A stretch of 32,000 bases of DNA, taken from positions 2,490,702 through 2,522,701 of the forward strand of contig NZ_KV917375.1 of assembly GCF_002019665.1 (NCBI RefSeq), given 5' to 3'. The DNA is from Sutcliffiella halmapala (lineage in GTDB: Bacteria > Bacillota > Bacilli > Bacillales > Bacillaceae_I). The notes beneath the pieces were generated by a model. That model did no database searches, was not told where the DNA came from, and saw only the letters and a program-made list of their open reading frames with translations. Below, in pieces: positions 1 to 8,847 of this stretch. Position numbers and translations under genes: made by a program. Numbering within the stretch: position 1 is the first letter of the stretch; each line of letters starts with the position of its first letter.

Positions 1-1627
1 GTTTAGAAATGACTCGATCTGTTTCCTTCATACCAAAATCCTGCCCATTAGAAGCAGAATAAGAGCGCAGACTTGTTCTCTTTACATAGCCATCTTTCGT
101 AACGGTAACAATGACGTCTTCTGAAGGAATCATAACTTCTAAGTTGATTTTGAGCTCTTCTATTTCTTGCTCAATTTTTGATTTTCGCTCATTAGTATAG
201 AGCTTCTTCACTCTTTTAAGATCTGTTTTTATAACAGAGAACAATTTCTTTTCACTTGAAAGAATCGCTTCTAAGTCGAAAATTTTCTTTGCCAATTCTG
301 CAGCTTCTTGTTGAAGTGCAGTGATATCGGTATTCGTTAAACGGTATAACTGTAAAGAAACAATCGCTTCGGCTTGTGGTTCTGTAAAAGTATACTTTGC
401 AATTAAGTTATCTTTTGCATCCTTTTTGTCTTTGGAAGCACGGATAGTAGCAATTACCTCATCTAAAATAGAGAGTGCTTTCATTAAACCTTCGACTACA
501 TGCTCGCGTTCTTTTGCTTTCGCTAATTCAAAACGGGAGCGATTGGAGATTACTTCTTTTTGGTGGGCAATGTATGCGTCTAAAAAGTGCGGTAATCCCA
601 TCAAAGTGGGTCTCTTGTTATAAATCGCAACCATATTAAAGTTGAATGGAATTTGCAAGTCTGTATTCTTATACAAATAATTTAAAATACCAGATGCATC
701 TGCCTCTTTTTTCAATTCGATGACAACACGTAATCCTGTACGGTCTGTTTCATCACGCACTTCGGAAATACCATCTACCTTTTTATCGTAACGGAGCTCA
801 TCAATTTTTTTCACAAGGTTTGCTTTATTTACTTCATATGGAACTTCCGTAATAACGATTTGTTGCTTTCCACCACGAATATCTTCCACTTCAGCTTTTC
901 CACGAATGATAATTTTCCCTTTACCAGTCTCATAGGCTTTCTTAATACCTTCAACCCCTTGAATAATACCACCTGTCGGGAAATCAGGTCCTTTGACAAT
1001 GGTCATTAAATCATCCACTGTACTGTTTGGGTTGTCGATACGCATAATGGTTGCGTCTATTACTTCGCCAAGATGATGTGGAGGGATATCGGTTGCATAA
1101 CCAGCTGAGATACCTGTTGATCCGTTCACCAGAAGATTCGGGTACATTGCAGGCAAAACTGTCGGTTCTTTGCTAGTATCATCAAAGTTAGGAATAAATT
1201 CTACTGTCTGTTTATCTAAATCACGTAGTAGTTCCGACGCTATTGGTGACAAACGAGCTTCTGTATAACGCATCGCAGCTGGCGGATCTCCATCAATACT
1301 ACCGTTATTTCCGTGCATTTCGATTAACATGTTCCGTAATTTCCAGTCTTGGCTCATACGTACCATTGCATCGTAAACCGATGAATCTCCATGTGGGTGA
1401 TAGTTACCGATTACGTTACCAACTGTTTTGGCCGATTTACGGAATGGTTTGTCTGCTAGATTTCCTTCCGCGTACATGGCATATAAAATACGACGTTGTA
1501 CTGGCTTTAATCCGTCTCGTGCGTCCGGAAGTGCTCGCTCTTGTATAATATATTTACTATAACGTCCAAATCGGTCGCCTATAACATCCTCTAGGGGTAA
1601 GTCGTGAAATTTCTCTGTCTGTGTCAT
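1..1627 (-). CDS. parC: DNA topoisomerase IV subunit A, N-terminal ~542 codons (3' end lies beyond the window start)
   Basis: The minus-strand frame is open from the ATG at 1627 to the window edge; it is absent from the ORF track because no stop lies in the window. My translation begins [51 protein letters not shown], the GyrA/ParC N-terminal signature. It starts 3 nt after the parE stop, as in Bacillus parEC operons. Confidence 0.9.
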   Translation of the reverse strand, partial: MTQTEKFHDLPLEDVIGDRFGRYSKYIIQERALPDARDGLKPVQRRILYAMYAEGNLADKPFRKSAKTVGNVIGNYHPHGDSSVYDAMVRMSQDWKLRNMLIEMHGNNGSIDGDPPAAMRYTEARLSPIASELLRDLDKQTVEFIPNFDDTSKEPTVLPAMYPNLLVNGSTGISAGYATDIPPHHLGEVIDATIMRIDNPNSTVDDLMTIVKGPDFPTGGIIQGVEGIKKAYETGKGKIIIRGKAEVEDIRGGKQQIVITEVPYEVNKANLVKKIDELRYDKKVDGISEVRDETDRTGLRVVIELKKEADASGILNYLYKNTDLQIPFNFNMVAIYNKRPTLMGLPHFLDAYIAHQKEVISNRSRFELAKAKEREHVVEGLMKALSILDEVIATIRASKDKKDAKDNLIAKYTFTEPQAEAIVSLQLYRLTNTDITALQQEAAELAKKIFDLEAILSSEKKLFSVIKTDLKRVKKLYTNERKSKIEQEIEELKINLEVMIPSEDVIVTVTKDGYVKRTSLRSYSASNGQDFGMKETDRVISK

Positions 1628-1630
1628 CTG

Positions 1631-3604
1631 TTATACCTCCTCTGCGACCAATAAATTATCATTTTCTAGTATATTAGGGTCTTCTTCTAGACCGAAAGCC
1701 ACATTACTTTCAATCCATTTACGACGTGGTTCTACTTTATCTCCCATTAAGGTCGTAACGCGACGTTCCGCTCTTGCAGCATCGTCTATACGCACTCTAA
1801 TAAGCGTTCTTGTCTCAGGGTTCATGGTTGTTTCCCACAGTTGATCCGCATTCATTTCTCCTAGACCTTTATAACGCTGAATGATATAACCACGTCCAAT
1901 TTTTTGAATGGCGCCTTTCATTTCTTCATCGGACCATGCATATTCCAAAATTTCCTTTTTACCGGTCCCTTTACTAACTTTATATAGCGGTGGCAAGGCA
2001 ATGAATATTTTTCCAGCTTCAATAAGAGGCTTCATATAACGATAAAAGAACGTCAGAAGAAGAACCTGGATATGTGCTCCATCCGTATCAGCATCTGTCA
2101 TGATGATTACTTTGTCGTAATTGATATCGTCAACCGAAAAGTCTGGACCTACTCCACCACCAATTGCATGAATAATCGTGTTAATCTCTTCGTTTTTGAA
2201 GATATCCGCAAGCTTTGCCTTTTCTGTATTAATTACTTTACCACGTAGAGGCAAGACGGCTTGGAAACGACGATCCCGGCCTTGTTTTGCCGAACCACCT
2301 GCAGAGTCACCCTCTACTAAATAGATTTCATTTTTTTGTGGATTACGGGACTGAGCAGGTGTCAATTTCCCACTTAACATCGCGTCAGAACGTTTTCTTT
2401 TCTTGCCGCTACGTGCATCTTCACGCGCTTTTCTTGCCGCTTCACGTGCTTGAAAGGCTTTAATTGATTTTTTTACAAGCATGGAGCTTGTATCAGGGTT
2501 TTCCTCTAAAAAATACGCTAGATGTTCGGAAACAACAGAATCAACAGCAGAACGAGCCTCACTTGTTCCGAGCTTTCCTTTTGTTTGGCCTTCAAATTGT
2601 AAGAGCTCCTCTGGAATTCTTACAGAAATAATCGCCGATAATCCCTCACGAATATCAGATCCATCTAAGTTTTTATCTTTTTCTTTTAGTAAATTAACTT
2701 TTCTTGCATATTCGTTAAAAATTCGCGTCATCGCTGTTTTAGCACCTGATTCATGGGTACCGCCGTCTTTTGTACGCACATTGTTAACAAAAGAGAGAAT
2801 TGTCTCAGAATAGCCGTCATTGAATTGGAATGCAAAGTCAACTTCCATTCCATTTTGAATTCCTTCAAAGGATACTACGTTGTGGAGTGAATCTTTCTCT
2901 TCATTCAAATAAGTAACAAAAGCCTCGATTCCGCTCTCATAGTGGAATACTTCTTTTACACCATTCCGTTCATCATTCAGCTCTATTTTTAACCCCTTTA
3001 ATAAAAACGCTGACTCGCGTATACGTTCACAAAGAGTTTCAAAATTATATGTGGTCGTGCTAAATATCGTTGTATCTGGTTTAAAATGTATCGTCGTTCC
3101 TGATTGCTTTGTCGTTCCTATTTTCTCTAAGGTCGTAACTGGCTTTCCACCGTTCTCAAAACGCTGTTCAAATACATAACCATCACGTTTAATCGTTACG
3201 ACAAGCCACTCTGACAAGGCATTAACTACGGATGCACCAACTCCATGCAAACCTCCACTTGTTTTATAGCCACCCTGTCCGAATTTTCCACCTGCATGTA
3301 ATACCGTTAAAATAACTTCAGGGGTAGGTTTTCCCATTTTATGCATTCCGGTAGGCATTCCACGGCCTTTATCCTTCACACTTATACTATTATCTTTATG
3401 TATCGTCACAATGATATGATCGCCGAACCCGCCTAATGCTTCATCAACAGAGTTATCGAGGATCTCGTATACAAGATGATGAAGACCTCTAGAGTCCGTA
3501 CTTCCAATATACATCCCAGGACGTTTTCGAACTGCTTCAAGACCTTCTAATACCTGTATCGCATCATCGTTATATTCAATCGTATTTTTTACCACAAAAA
3601 ACAT
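1631..3604 (-). CDS. parE: DNA topoisomerase IV subunit B
   Basis: 657-aa ORF with GHKL ATPase motifs (YEILDNSVDEA, GGLHGVGASVVNALS) and TOPRIM motifs (EGDSAGGSAKQGRDR, PLRGKVINTEKA, IMTDADTDGAHI). It lies directly upstream of parC and beside yneT/plsY as in B. subtilis. The RBS GAAAGGGG abuts the ATG at 3604, so the GTG at 3595 may be the real start. Confidence 0.92.
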   Translation of the reverse strand: MFFVVKNTIEYNDDAIQVLEGLEAVRKRPGMYIGSTDSRGLHHLVYEILDNSVDEALGGFGDHIIVTIHKDNSISVKDKGRGMPTGMHKMGKPTPEVILTVLHAGGKFGQGGYKTSGGLHGVGASVVNALSEWLVVTIKRDGYVFEQRFENGGKPVTTLEKIGTTKQSGTTIHFKPDTTIFSTTTYNFETLCERIRESAFLLKGLKIELNDERNGVKEVFHYESGIEAFVTYLNEEKDSLHNVVSFEGIQNGMEVDFAFQFNDGYSETILSFVNNVRTKDGGTHESGAKTAMTRIFNEYARKVNLLKEKDKNLDGSDIREGLSAIISVRIPEELLQFEGQTKGKLGTSEARSAVDSVVSEHLAYFLEENPDTSSMLVKKSIKAFQAREAARKAREDARSGKKRKRSDAMLSGKLTPAQSRNPQKNEIYLVEGDSAGGSAKQGRDRRFQAVLPLRGKVINTEKAKLADIFKNEEINTIIHAIGGGVGPDFSVDDINYDKVIIMTDADTDGAHIQVLLLTFFYRYMKPLIEAGKIFIALPPLYKVSKGTGKKEILEYAWSDEEMKGAIQKIGRGYIIQRYKGLGEMNADQLWETTMNPETRTLIRVRIDDAARAERRVTTLMGDKVEPRRKWIESNVAFGLEEDPNILENDNLLVAEEV

Positions 3605-3790
3605 ACCCCTTTCAAAACTACTACCAAAAACTAATTATGTATAGGTACTCTATATACCTTTTTATTTATCCAATTTGTTCGTTCAGCAACAAACAAATAT
3701 TCGTATATATATTAACATACATTTTAAAGTTGTCTACGCTCTATTGTATAGCGTTCTTCAGCTCTCGCCAACATTTCTTGTCTTATCGAG

Positions 3791-3825
3791 AATAAAAATC
3801 CTTGTTTTGAGTAACAAAACAAGGA
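3791..3825 (-). terminator. Rho-independent terminator after yneT
   Basis: Minus-strand hairpin TCCTTGTTTT/AAAACAAGGA (3799-3808 pairs with 3816-3825) followed by TTTTTATT, immediately downstream of the yneT stop. Confidence 0.6.
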
Positions 3826-3834
3826 CGAAAAGTA

Positions 3835-4248
3835 CTATTTTGTTAAAGCATGCTCCACTTTAATACAACGATCCATGATCACTGTGTAGCCCTTTTCCTT
3901 TAATAGTTCATAGGTTTTTTCATCTTCAAGACCAAGCTGCGCCCAATATACATCTGCATCTATTTCTAAAAACTCTTTTGCAACGTCGAATAGATACTCA
4001 GATCTACGGAAAACATTAACTATGTCGACGTGCCCTTCTACTTCTTTAAGAGAAGATACTGCCTTTACTCCTAATACTTCCTCCACTACTGGATTGACAG
4101 GAATGATTTCATAACCAGCATCTTGCATGGCTTTTGAAACCATGTAGGAAGTGCGCTGCGGATTATCAGATAAGCCTACAACTGCAATTCGCTTGCTCTG
4201 TTTTAAGATCTTGCCTATTTCTTCACGACTCGGGTTTGGAACACTCAT
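3835..4248 (-). CDS. yneT: CoA-binding domain protein (YneT-like)
   Basis: 137 aa. The segment IAVVGLSDNPQRTSYMVSKAMQDAGYEIIPVNP matches the CoA-binding (Rossmann-like) family pattern. It sits between parE and plsY as B. subtilis yneT does. RBS AAAGGGGA lies 8 nt upstream. Confidence 0.8.
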   Translation of the reverse strand: MSVPNPSREEIGKILKQSKRIAVVGLSDNPQRTSYMVSKAMQDAGYEIIPVNPVVEEVLGVKAVSSLKEVEGHVDIVNVFRRSEYLFDVAKEFLEIDADVYWAQLGLEDEKTYELLKEKGYTVIMDRCIKVEHALTK

Positions 4249-4431
4249 TTAATAATTCCCCTTTCTATTAAGGTATCTCTGTATGGTATACCCGTTTATA
4301 TTAAATTTAACAATAGAATTTGATTTGTTCTCCTTATACTTAATTCTTCATTAGATGCAAGAAACCCTTTGCATCTTGTGAATTTTAACATATATTAAAG
4401 ATAGGAATAATTACATAAAGGAGTTTATGGA

Positions 4432-5040
4432 ATGATCGAACTTATTATCATTATACTTGCTTATCTACTAGGCTCCATCCCCTTCGCGCTACTTGTTGGA
4501 AAAATCGGATATGGAATCGATATTAGAGAACATGGTAGCGGAAACTTAGGTGGAACCAATACATTTCGTACGTTAGGTGTGAAAGCCGGACTTATCGTCA
4601 CGATCTGTGATATTTTAAAAGGAACACTAGCAGCATCTCTACCTATTCTGCTAGCTGCAAATATCCACCCATTACTTGCAGGAGCCTTTGCTGTAGTAGG
4701 TCATGTTTATCCGATATTTGCTAAATTTCGCGGAGGTAAGGCTGTTGCAACTTCTGGTGGTGTTTTACTTTTTATAAGTCCATTATTATTTGTAATTATG
4801 CTATTTTGTTTCTTTCTTTTCTTGTTTTTAACTAAATATGTATCGCTTTCCTCCATGCTTACAGGTGTCGTTGCAACAATTTATAGCATCGCATTCGGAG
4901 ATCTACCATTGATTATTGCGGTCTCCTTGTTAACTGCCTTTGTGATTTTTAAACACAGGGCTAACATAGGACGTATTTGGAATAAAACAGAACCTAAGAT
5001 TTCATGGTTAAACTTGAAGAAGAAAAAGCAAAACAGCTAA
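4432..5040 (+). CDS. plsY: Glycerol-3-phosphate acyltransferase PlsY
   Basis: 202-aa polytopic membrane protein. [13 protein letters not shown]...[16 protein letters not shown] and [24 protein letters not shown] are PlsY family signatures. Synteny matches yneS/plsY. Confidence 0.92.
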   Translation: MIELIIIILAYLLGSIPFALLVGKIGYGIDIREHGSGNLGGTNTFRTLGVKAGLIVTICDILKGTLAASLPILLAANIHPLLAGAFAVVGHVYPIFAKFRGGKAVATSGGVLLFISPLLFVIMLFCFFLFLFLTKYVSLSSMLTGVVATIYSIAFGDLPLIIAVSLLTAFVIFKHRANIGRIWNKTEPKISWLNLKKKKQNS

Positions 5041-5046
5041 AACAAT

Positions 5047-5076
5047 CGCTCAGATTCTAATCTGGGCGTTTTTTTA
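5047..5076 (+). terminator. Rho-independent terminator after plsY
   Basis: Hairpin CGCTCAGAT-tcta-ATCTGGGCG (one G-U pair) followed by TTTTTTTA. The T-tract overlaps the stop of the convergent Nudix gene. Confidence 0.65.
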
Positions 5077-5550
5077 TAGGTGTTTAACTGTTTCCTTTAA
5101 CGTTTCTTTTTCTGCCTCATCCCACATCGAGTATATTTCAAAAGTACCATCTGCAAAAAAAAGCGGAAAACGTTTCTTGAACCAAGGTTGCATCGGGAGT
5201 TCTAATGCCTCTTCGATGGAAACCCAATGTAAATCACCTTCTGGAGGATGTTGTAATAATTCTCCTTCAAATGAGCTTGTAATGTAATTATACACCATAT
5301 AACGGTAACCTTTCTTAATATCTACATATTCGTCTAATCCCTTGTAGATTAAATTCTTAACCTTAAGCCCCGTTTCTTCCAATACTTCTCGGGTTGCGCC
5401 TTCTGTTAGACTCTCTGGAAAATCGACTTTACCACCTGGCCCAATATAACCTGGAAAACCTTTCTTATCTGGTCTATTGATAAGAAGTACTTTATCTCCA
5501 TTCTGAACTAAACACATCGTATATAGATCTATCTTAATATTTCCTGTCAT
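5074..5550 (-). CDS. Nudix hydrolase
   Basis: Nudix box GPGGKVDFPESLTEGATREVLEETGL. I place the start at MTGNIKID (ATG 5550) because AAAGAGGG precedes it; the track ORF extends to 5595 and would overlap the upstream gene. Confidence 0.8.
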   Translation of the reverse strand: MTGNIKIDLYTMCLVQNGDKVLLINRPDKKGFPGYIGPGGKVDFPESLTEGATREVLEETGLKVKNLIYKGLDEYVDIKKGYRYMVYNYITSSFEGELLQHPPEGDLHWVSIEEALELPMQPWFKKRFPLFFADGTFEIYSMWDEAEKETLKETVKHL

Positions 5551-5575
5551 ACTTTTGCCCTCTTTATTAGTTATT

Positions 5576-5974
5576 TTATTTTGAAGGAGCCACAAGTTCT
5601 ACCTTTATTCGATCGGGATCCTCAAAAAACACTGCATAATAATTTTCTCCCCCTGCAAAAGGGTGCTTATCCTGATAGAGAATAGGTATATTTCTTTCTC
5701 TTAATTTCTCTGTCATTTCATCCACTCTATTTCGAGTACTAACATGGAAAGCTAAATGGTTCAATCCTACTCTACTCCTATGATAGGGTACATCTAAGAA
5801 TCTTTCCTCAGCTTGCACAAAAACTAGATAGGTCTCTCCTTTCTTCCAGCTTTGCCCTTGCTCCCATTTTTGATAAACCGTGTATCCTAATTCTTCTAGG
5901 AGCCACCCCCAATATTCAGTTGATTTCTTTATATTTGACACATATAGCTCTACATGGTGTAAGACACCTTCCAT
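5576..5974 (-). CDS. VOC (glyoxalase/bleomycin-resistance/dioxygenase) family protein
   Basis: 132 aa. The N-terminal HHVELYVSNIKKSTEYWGWLLEELGY, the central LNHLAFHV and the C-terminal FEDPDRIKVELV fit the paired beta-alpha-beta-beta-beta VOC fold pattern. RBS AGGAGGG. Confidence 0.75.
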   Translation of the reverse strand: MEGVLHHVELYVSNIKKSTEYWGWLLEELGYTVYQKWEQGQSWKKGETYLVFVQAEERFLDVPYHRSRVGLNHLAFHVSTRNRVDEMTEKLRERNIPILYQDKHPFAGGENYYAVFFEDPDRIKVELVAPSK

Positions 5975-5992
5975 ATAATTAACCCTCCTATT

Positions 5993-6556
5993 TTATGCTT
6001 CTTCCATATCGATCTTATTCCAAATTGCAATCCAGTTCTTTTTTCGTAAACGTGCTTGGTAGATTTCCCTACGTTCTTCCGTTTCTTTGAAAAAATCAGT
6101 AGGTCGGACCCTTAAGTTTATTACATCATCCAATCCACAAGGAGCAGCAAGTATTAACCTATTATCTAAATCTAGCTTAACTCCTAAAGCCGTTGCTGTC
6201 TCTGGGAATTTCGATATGGCATCTATTGATGAAGTATATGGAGCTAACTTGTTCACCGTATGCATTCTTGCCTGATTTTTTACAGACCATGGAATGCAAG
6301 GTAGGAGAGCTTTTAATTCTTCTTCTAATACTTTTTCTACTTCTTTAGTAGTATTAAAAGGATCATAGTAAATAACATCAATATCTGGTATAGTTGTCCG
6401 TTGGAATTGATGTAGCGTGTCCCAAACTTTAGAGCGGACAAATCCGGCACAAATCCACCAATCGGGTAAGTTTAATGTTTTCACAGCTCTAATAATATCC
6501 ATCATCCACTCATCATTAATGATAAGTTTTTTCACATCTTCTTCATTGTACAGCAT
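5993..6556 (-). CDS. Nucleotidyltransferase family protein (NTP_transf_6 / DUF925-like)
   Basis: 187 aa. WMMDIIRAVKTLNLPDWWICAGFVRSKVWDTLH...IPDIDVIYYDP is the pattern I associate with the uncharacterised DUF925 nucleotidyltransferase family. It is first in a tightly spaced three-gene minus-strand operon. Confidence 0.65.
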   Translation of the reverse strand: MLYNEEDVKKLIINDEWMMDIIRAVKTLNLPDWWICAGFVRSKVWDTLHQFQRTTIPDIDVIYYDPFNTTKEVEKVLEEELKALLPCIPWSVKNQARMHTVNKLAPYTSSIDAISKFPETATALGVKLDLDNRLILAAPCGLDDVINLRVRPTDFFKETEERREIYQARLRKKNWIAIWNKIDMEEA

Positions 6557-6656
6557 GTTTCCGCCTCTTCCCTATAATGCGAACGTATATTCTTATTATA
6601 ATAAAAAGGCATTTAGAATGAAAGTGAATTCTGAATATTAGGTGTCTTCTAGTGAA

Positions 6657-6823
6657 TTGGACGAATGGAGAAGGATTTTGGACGAATCTTTGCTCAAATC
6701 GGACGAATGTAGAGTAATTTCGGACGAATCCCCACCTAGATTCGACGAATGTACTGTAATTCCGGACGAATCCCCACCGAATCGGACCAATGTCCAATAA
6801 TTTCCGACGAATCCGCCAGTGAA
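6657..6823. repeat. Array of eight 21-bp direct repeats (conserved GACGAAT core; 4 x 42-bp super-repeat)
   Basis: Core GACGAAT (GACCAAT in copy 7) starts at 6660, 6681, 6702, 6723, 6744, 6765, 6785 and 6806, giving spacings of 21,21,21,21,21,20,21. Odd units continue G(T/G)A...AATT. Even units continue C(C/T), three of the four as CCCCACC or CCGCC. Confidence 0.9.
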
Positions 6824-6851
6824 ACAGGCAAATGATAAAAACTAGTGCATC

Positions 6852-6887
6852 AAAAAACAAGCTACCACATAAGAGCAGCTTGTTTTT
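6852..6887 (-). terminator. Symmetric terminator hairpin after the S9 peptidase gene
   Basis: AAAAAACAAGCT-13 nt-AGCTTGTTTTT, with A/T tracts on both sides, 10 nt downstream of the S9 peptidase stop. Confidence 0.6.
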
Positions 6888-6896
6888 GAGTACTTT

Positions 6897-8678
6897 TTAT
6901 AAACGAGCGTCTAAAAACGTTAAAATTGCTTGGAAAACCTTAATTTCATTTTCTTTTTTCGAGAATCCATGTCCTTCATCATCGAGTACAAGGTATTCAA
7001 CTTCTCGACCCTTTTCTTTCAATGCTTCAACAATCTGATCGGATTCCTGTTTTACCACACGCGGGTCATTAGCTCCTTGGATAATGAGCATTGGCTTCGT
7101 CATCGTGTCCAAATAGGTCGTTGGAGAATCAACAATAAGTCTATCTTTATCCTCTACCGGATCTCCTACCCATTGCTTCATTATCGGTTTCCAATGCTCT
7201 GGGACAGACTCGATAAAGGAGAACAAATTACTTACTCCAAAGATATCGATAACCGCCTTAAAGTATTCAGGATGTCTTCCGTGTAGAAGAAGCGCCATAT
7301 AGCCACCGTAGCTTCCTCCCATTAAGAAAATTTTGTCACGATCTGCATAGCCATTTTCGATTAACCATTCTAATCCTGTTATATTATCTAATCTAGGGCC
7401 GTGTCCCCAGTCTCCTTCCACCATTTTCATGTAATTCAAACCATAATTTGAGGAGCCACGGAAATTCGGAGCAAAAATACTATAGCCACGATTCACAAGA
7501 AATTGGAAGTATGACCGGAAAAACTTTCTTTCCGAACTTTGTGGTCCCCCATGAGGCCATAGAATGACATGGCCATTCGTTACTTCTTCCTTAGCTTTGA
7601 AAAATAACGCCTCAATTTCTAATCCATCAAAAGAAGGGTACGTTAGTACTTCCGGATCTGATAGATTTTCATCTTCCACTGCTGGAACACGATTATTGGT
7701 TAGGGCTTCCCATGAGCCATCCACTTGTTTATACAAATTAGCTGGTTTACTCGCCGTTTTACCTAATACATATACAGTACCGCTCTCTGCGATAATAACT
7801 TTGTCAATGATATCTACCGGTGTTTCCACCTTATGTAGTTCCTTTTTCTCCAAGCAGTAAGAATAGAAGGTATCCTCTACCCCTTTGGAAGAAACAAGAT
7901 ACAATTGGTTACCTTTTTTGTCAAAATACATATTAGTGAGGTGTAAATCATGCTCTTCTGTAACCCTTGAGAACGTTTGTGTTTCAAGATTATAGCGTGC
8001 AAGATACCCATTATCATCTTCGTAATCAGTCACTAAATAGATAGAAGTTGGATCAGTAAAAATCGCACTATTCACAGTATGTTGTTTCTTCGTTTCAGGC
8101 GTTAATAGTACGGATTTTCCATCCTTCACTAAATAGGCTAATGTGTAAGTATTTGCAAAATGCTTTATAATGATAAGACTTTTTTCATCTGCCGCAACAT
8201 CCACCAAGAAGTTTGGGGCATCTGTGCCTTCCACAATCATTGTTTCTTCTTTTGTTTCTATGTTATAGCAATAAGTATTCAAATAGGTTTGATTATTCTT
8301 TGAAGAAGTGAAATACAGTCTTTGGCCATCTTTAGAGAATTTCGGAAGCATATGACGATGTTCTTTATCTACTCGAAGCTCCTCTAATTCCCCGCCTTGA
8401 TTCGGCAATGCATAAAACTGGGTCAACTCATTTCCATCCTGATCAAAACTCGCTAAAATGTAAGCTCCATTTGGCTCATATTTTAACTCATGGCAGCTCT
8501 GATTATTAAATGTTAACGGATAGGGATAGTTGTTCGGTAAATCCATCGCCCACAAGTTATAATGACCTGTTAAATTTGTGCTATAAACTAGCTGCTTTTC
8601 ATCCGGACTAATGGTGAAATCTTGGATATTGAAAACTTTAAAGAATTGTTCCACTTCTGGTTTTTTAAATGCTAGCAT
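6897..8678 (-). CDS. S9 family serine peptidase (beta-propeller plus alpha/beta-hydrolase; prolyl oligopeptidase/acylaminoacyl peptidase type)
   Basis: 593 aa. Nucleophile elbow GGSYGGYM, then QGANDPRV (Asp) and DDEGHGF (His) in the C-terminal third. The N-terminal ~340 aa are rich in repeated propeller-like strands. Confidence 0.85.
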   Translation of the reverse strand: MLAFKKPEVEQFFKVFNIQDFTISPDEKQLVYSTNLTGHYNLWAMDLPNNYPYPLTFNNQSCHELKYEPNGAYILASFDQDGNELTQFYALPNQGGELEELRVDKEHRHMLPKFSKDGQRLYFTSSKNNQTYLNTYCYNIETKEETMIVEGTDAPNFLVDVAADEKSLIIIKHFANTYTLAYLVKDGKSVLLTPETKKQHTVNSAIFTDPTSIYLVTDYEDDNGYLARYNLETQTFSRVTEEHDLHLTNMYFDKKGNQLYLVSSKGVEDTFYSYCLEKKELHKVETPVDIIDKVIIAESGTVYVLGKTASKPANLYKQVDGSWEALTNNRVPAVEDENLSDPEVLTYPSFDGLEIEALFFKAKEEVTNGHVILWPHGGPQSSERKFFRSYFQFLVNRGYSIFAPNFRGSSNYGLNYMKMVEGDWGHGPRLDNITGLEWLIENGYADRDKIFLMGGSYGGYMALLLHGRHPEYFKAVIDIFGVSNLFSFIESVPEHWKPIMKQWVGDPVEDKDRLIVDSPTTYLDTMTKPMLIIQGANDPRVVKQESDQIVEALKEKGREVEYLVLDDEGHGFSKKENEIKVFQAILTFLDARL

Positions 8679-8847
8679 ACGTTATTCCCCTTTCAAATCA
8701 ATTGACTCCTATACTGTACTTCGGGAAACAAATGAAAATCCCTGCAAAAAATTTGAAAATTCGACTTTTTTCCTAGAAAAGGATAACAAAAAGCTGAAAA
8801 ATGTATTATAGTGGAGGGTAGAAAAGAATAAAAAAGGGGTCAATATC

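Noticed and set aside
321-2813. Plus-strand ORFs 321-623, 1243-1548 and 2481-2813
   Set aside because: They lie entirely antisense within the well-supported parC and parE coding regions, lack an RBS and have low-complexity products.
6657-6823. Possible CRISPR array
   Set aside because: The period is only 21 bp, with an 8-bp conserved core and semi-conserved alternating spacers. There is no 24-40-bp repeat plus unique-spacer structure, no leader and no cas genes in the window.
6543-6860. 105-aa minus-strand ORF with the internal peptide repeat RWGFVRNYSTFV
   Set aside because: The periodic peptide is simply the translation of the 21/42-bp DNA repeat. The ORF has no RBS, overlaps the start of the nucleotidyltransferase gene and runs through a terminator. 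I treat it as non-coding repeat DNA.
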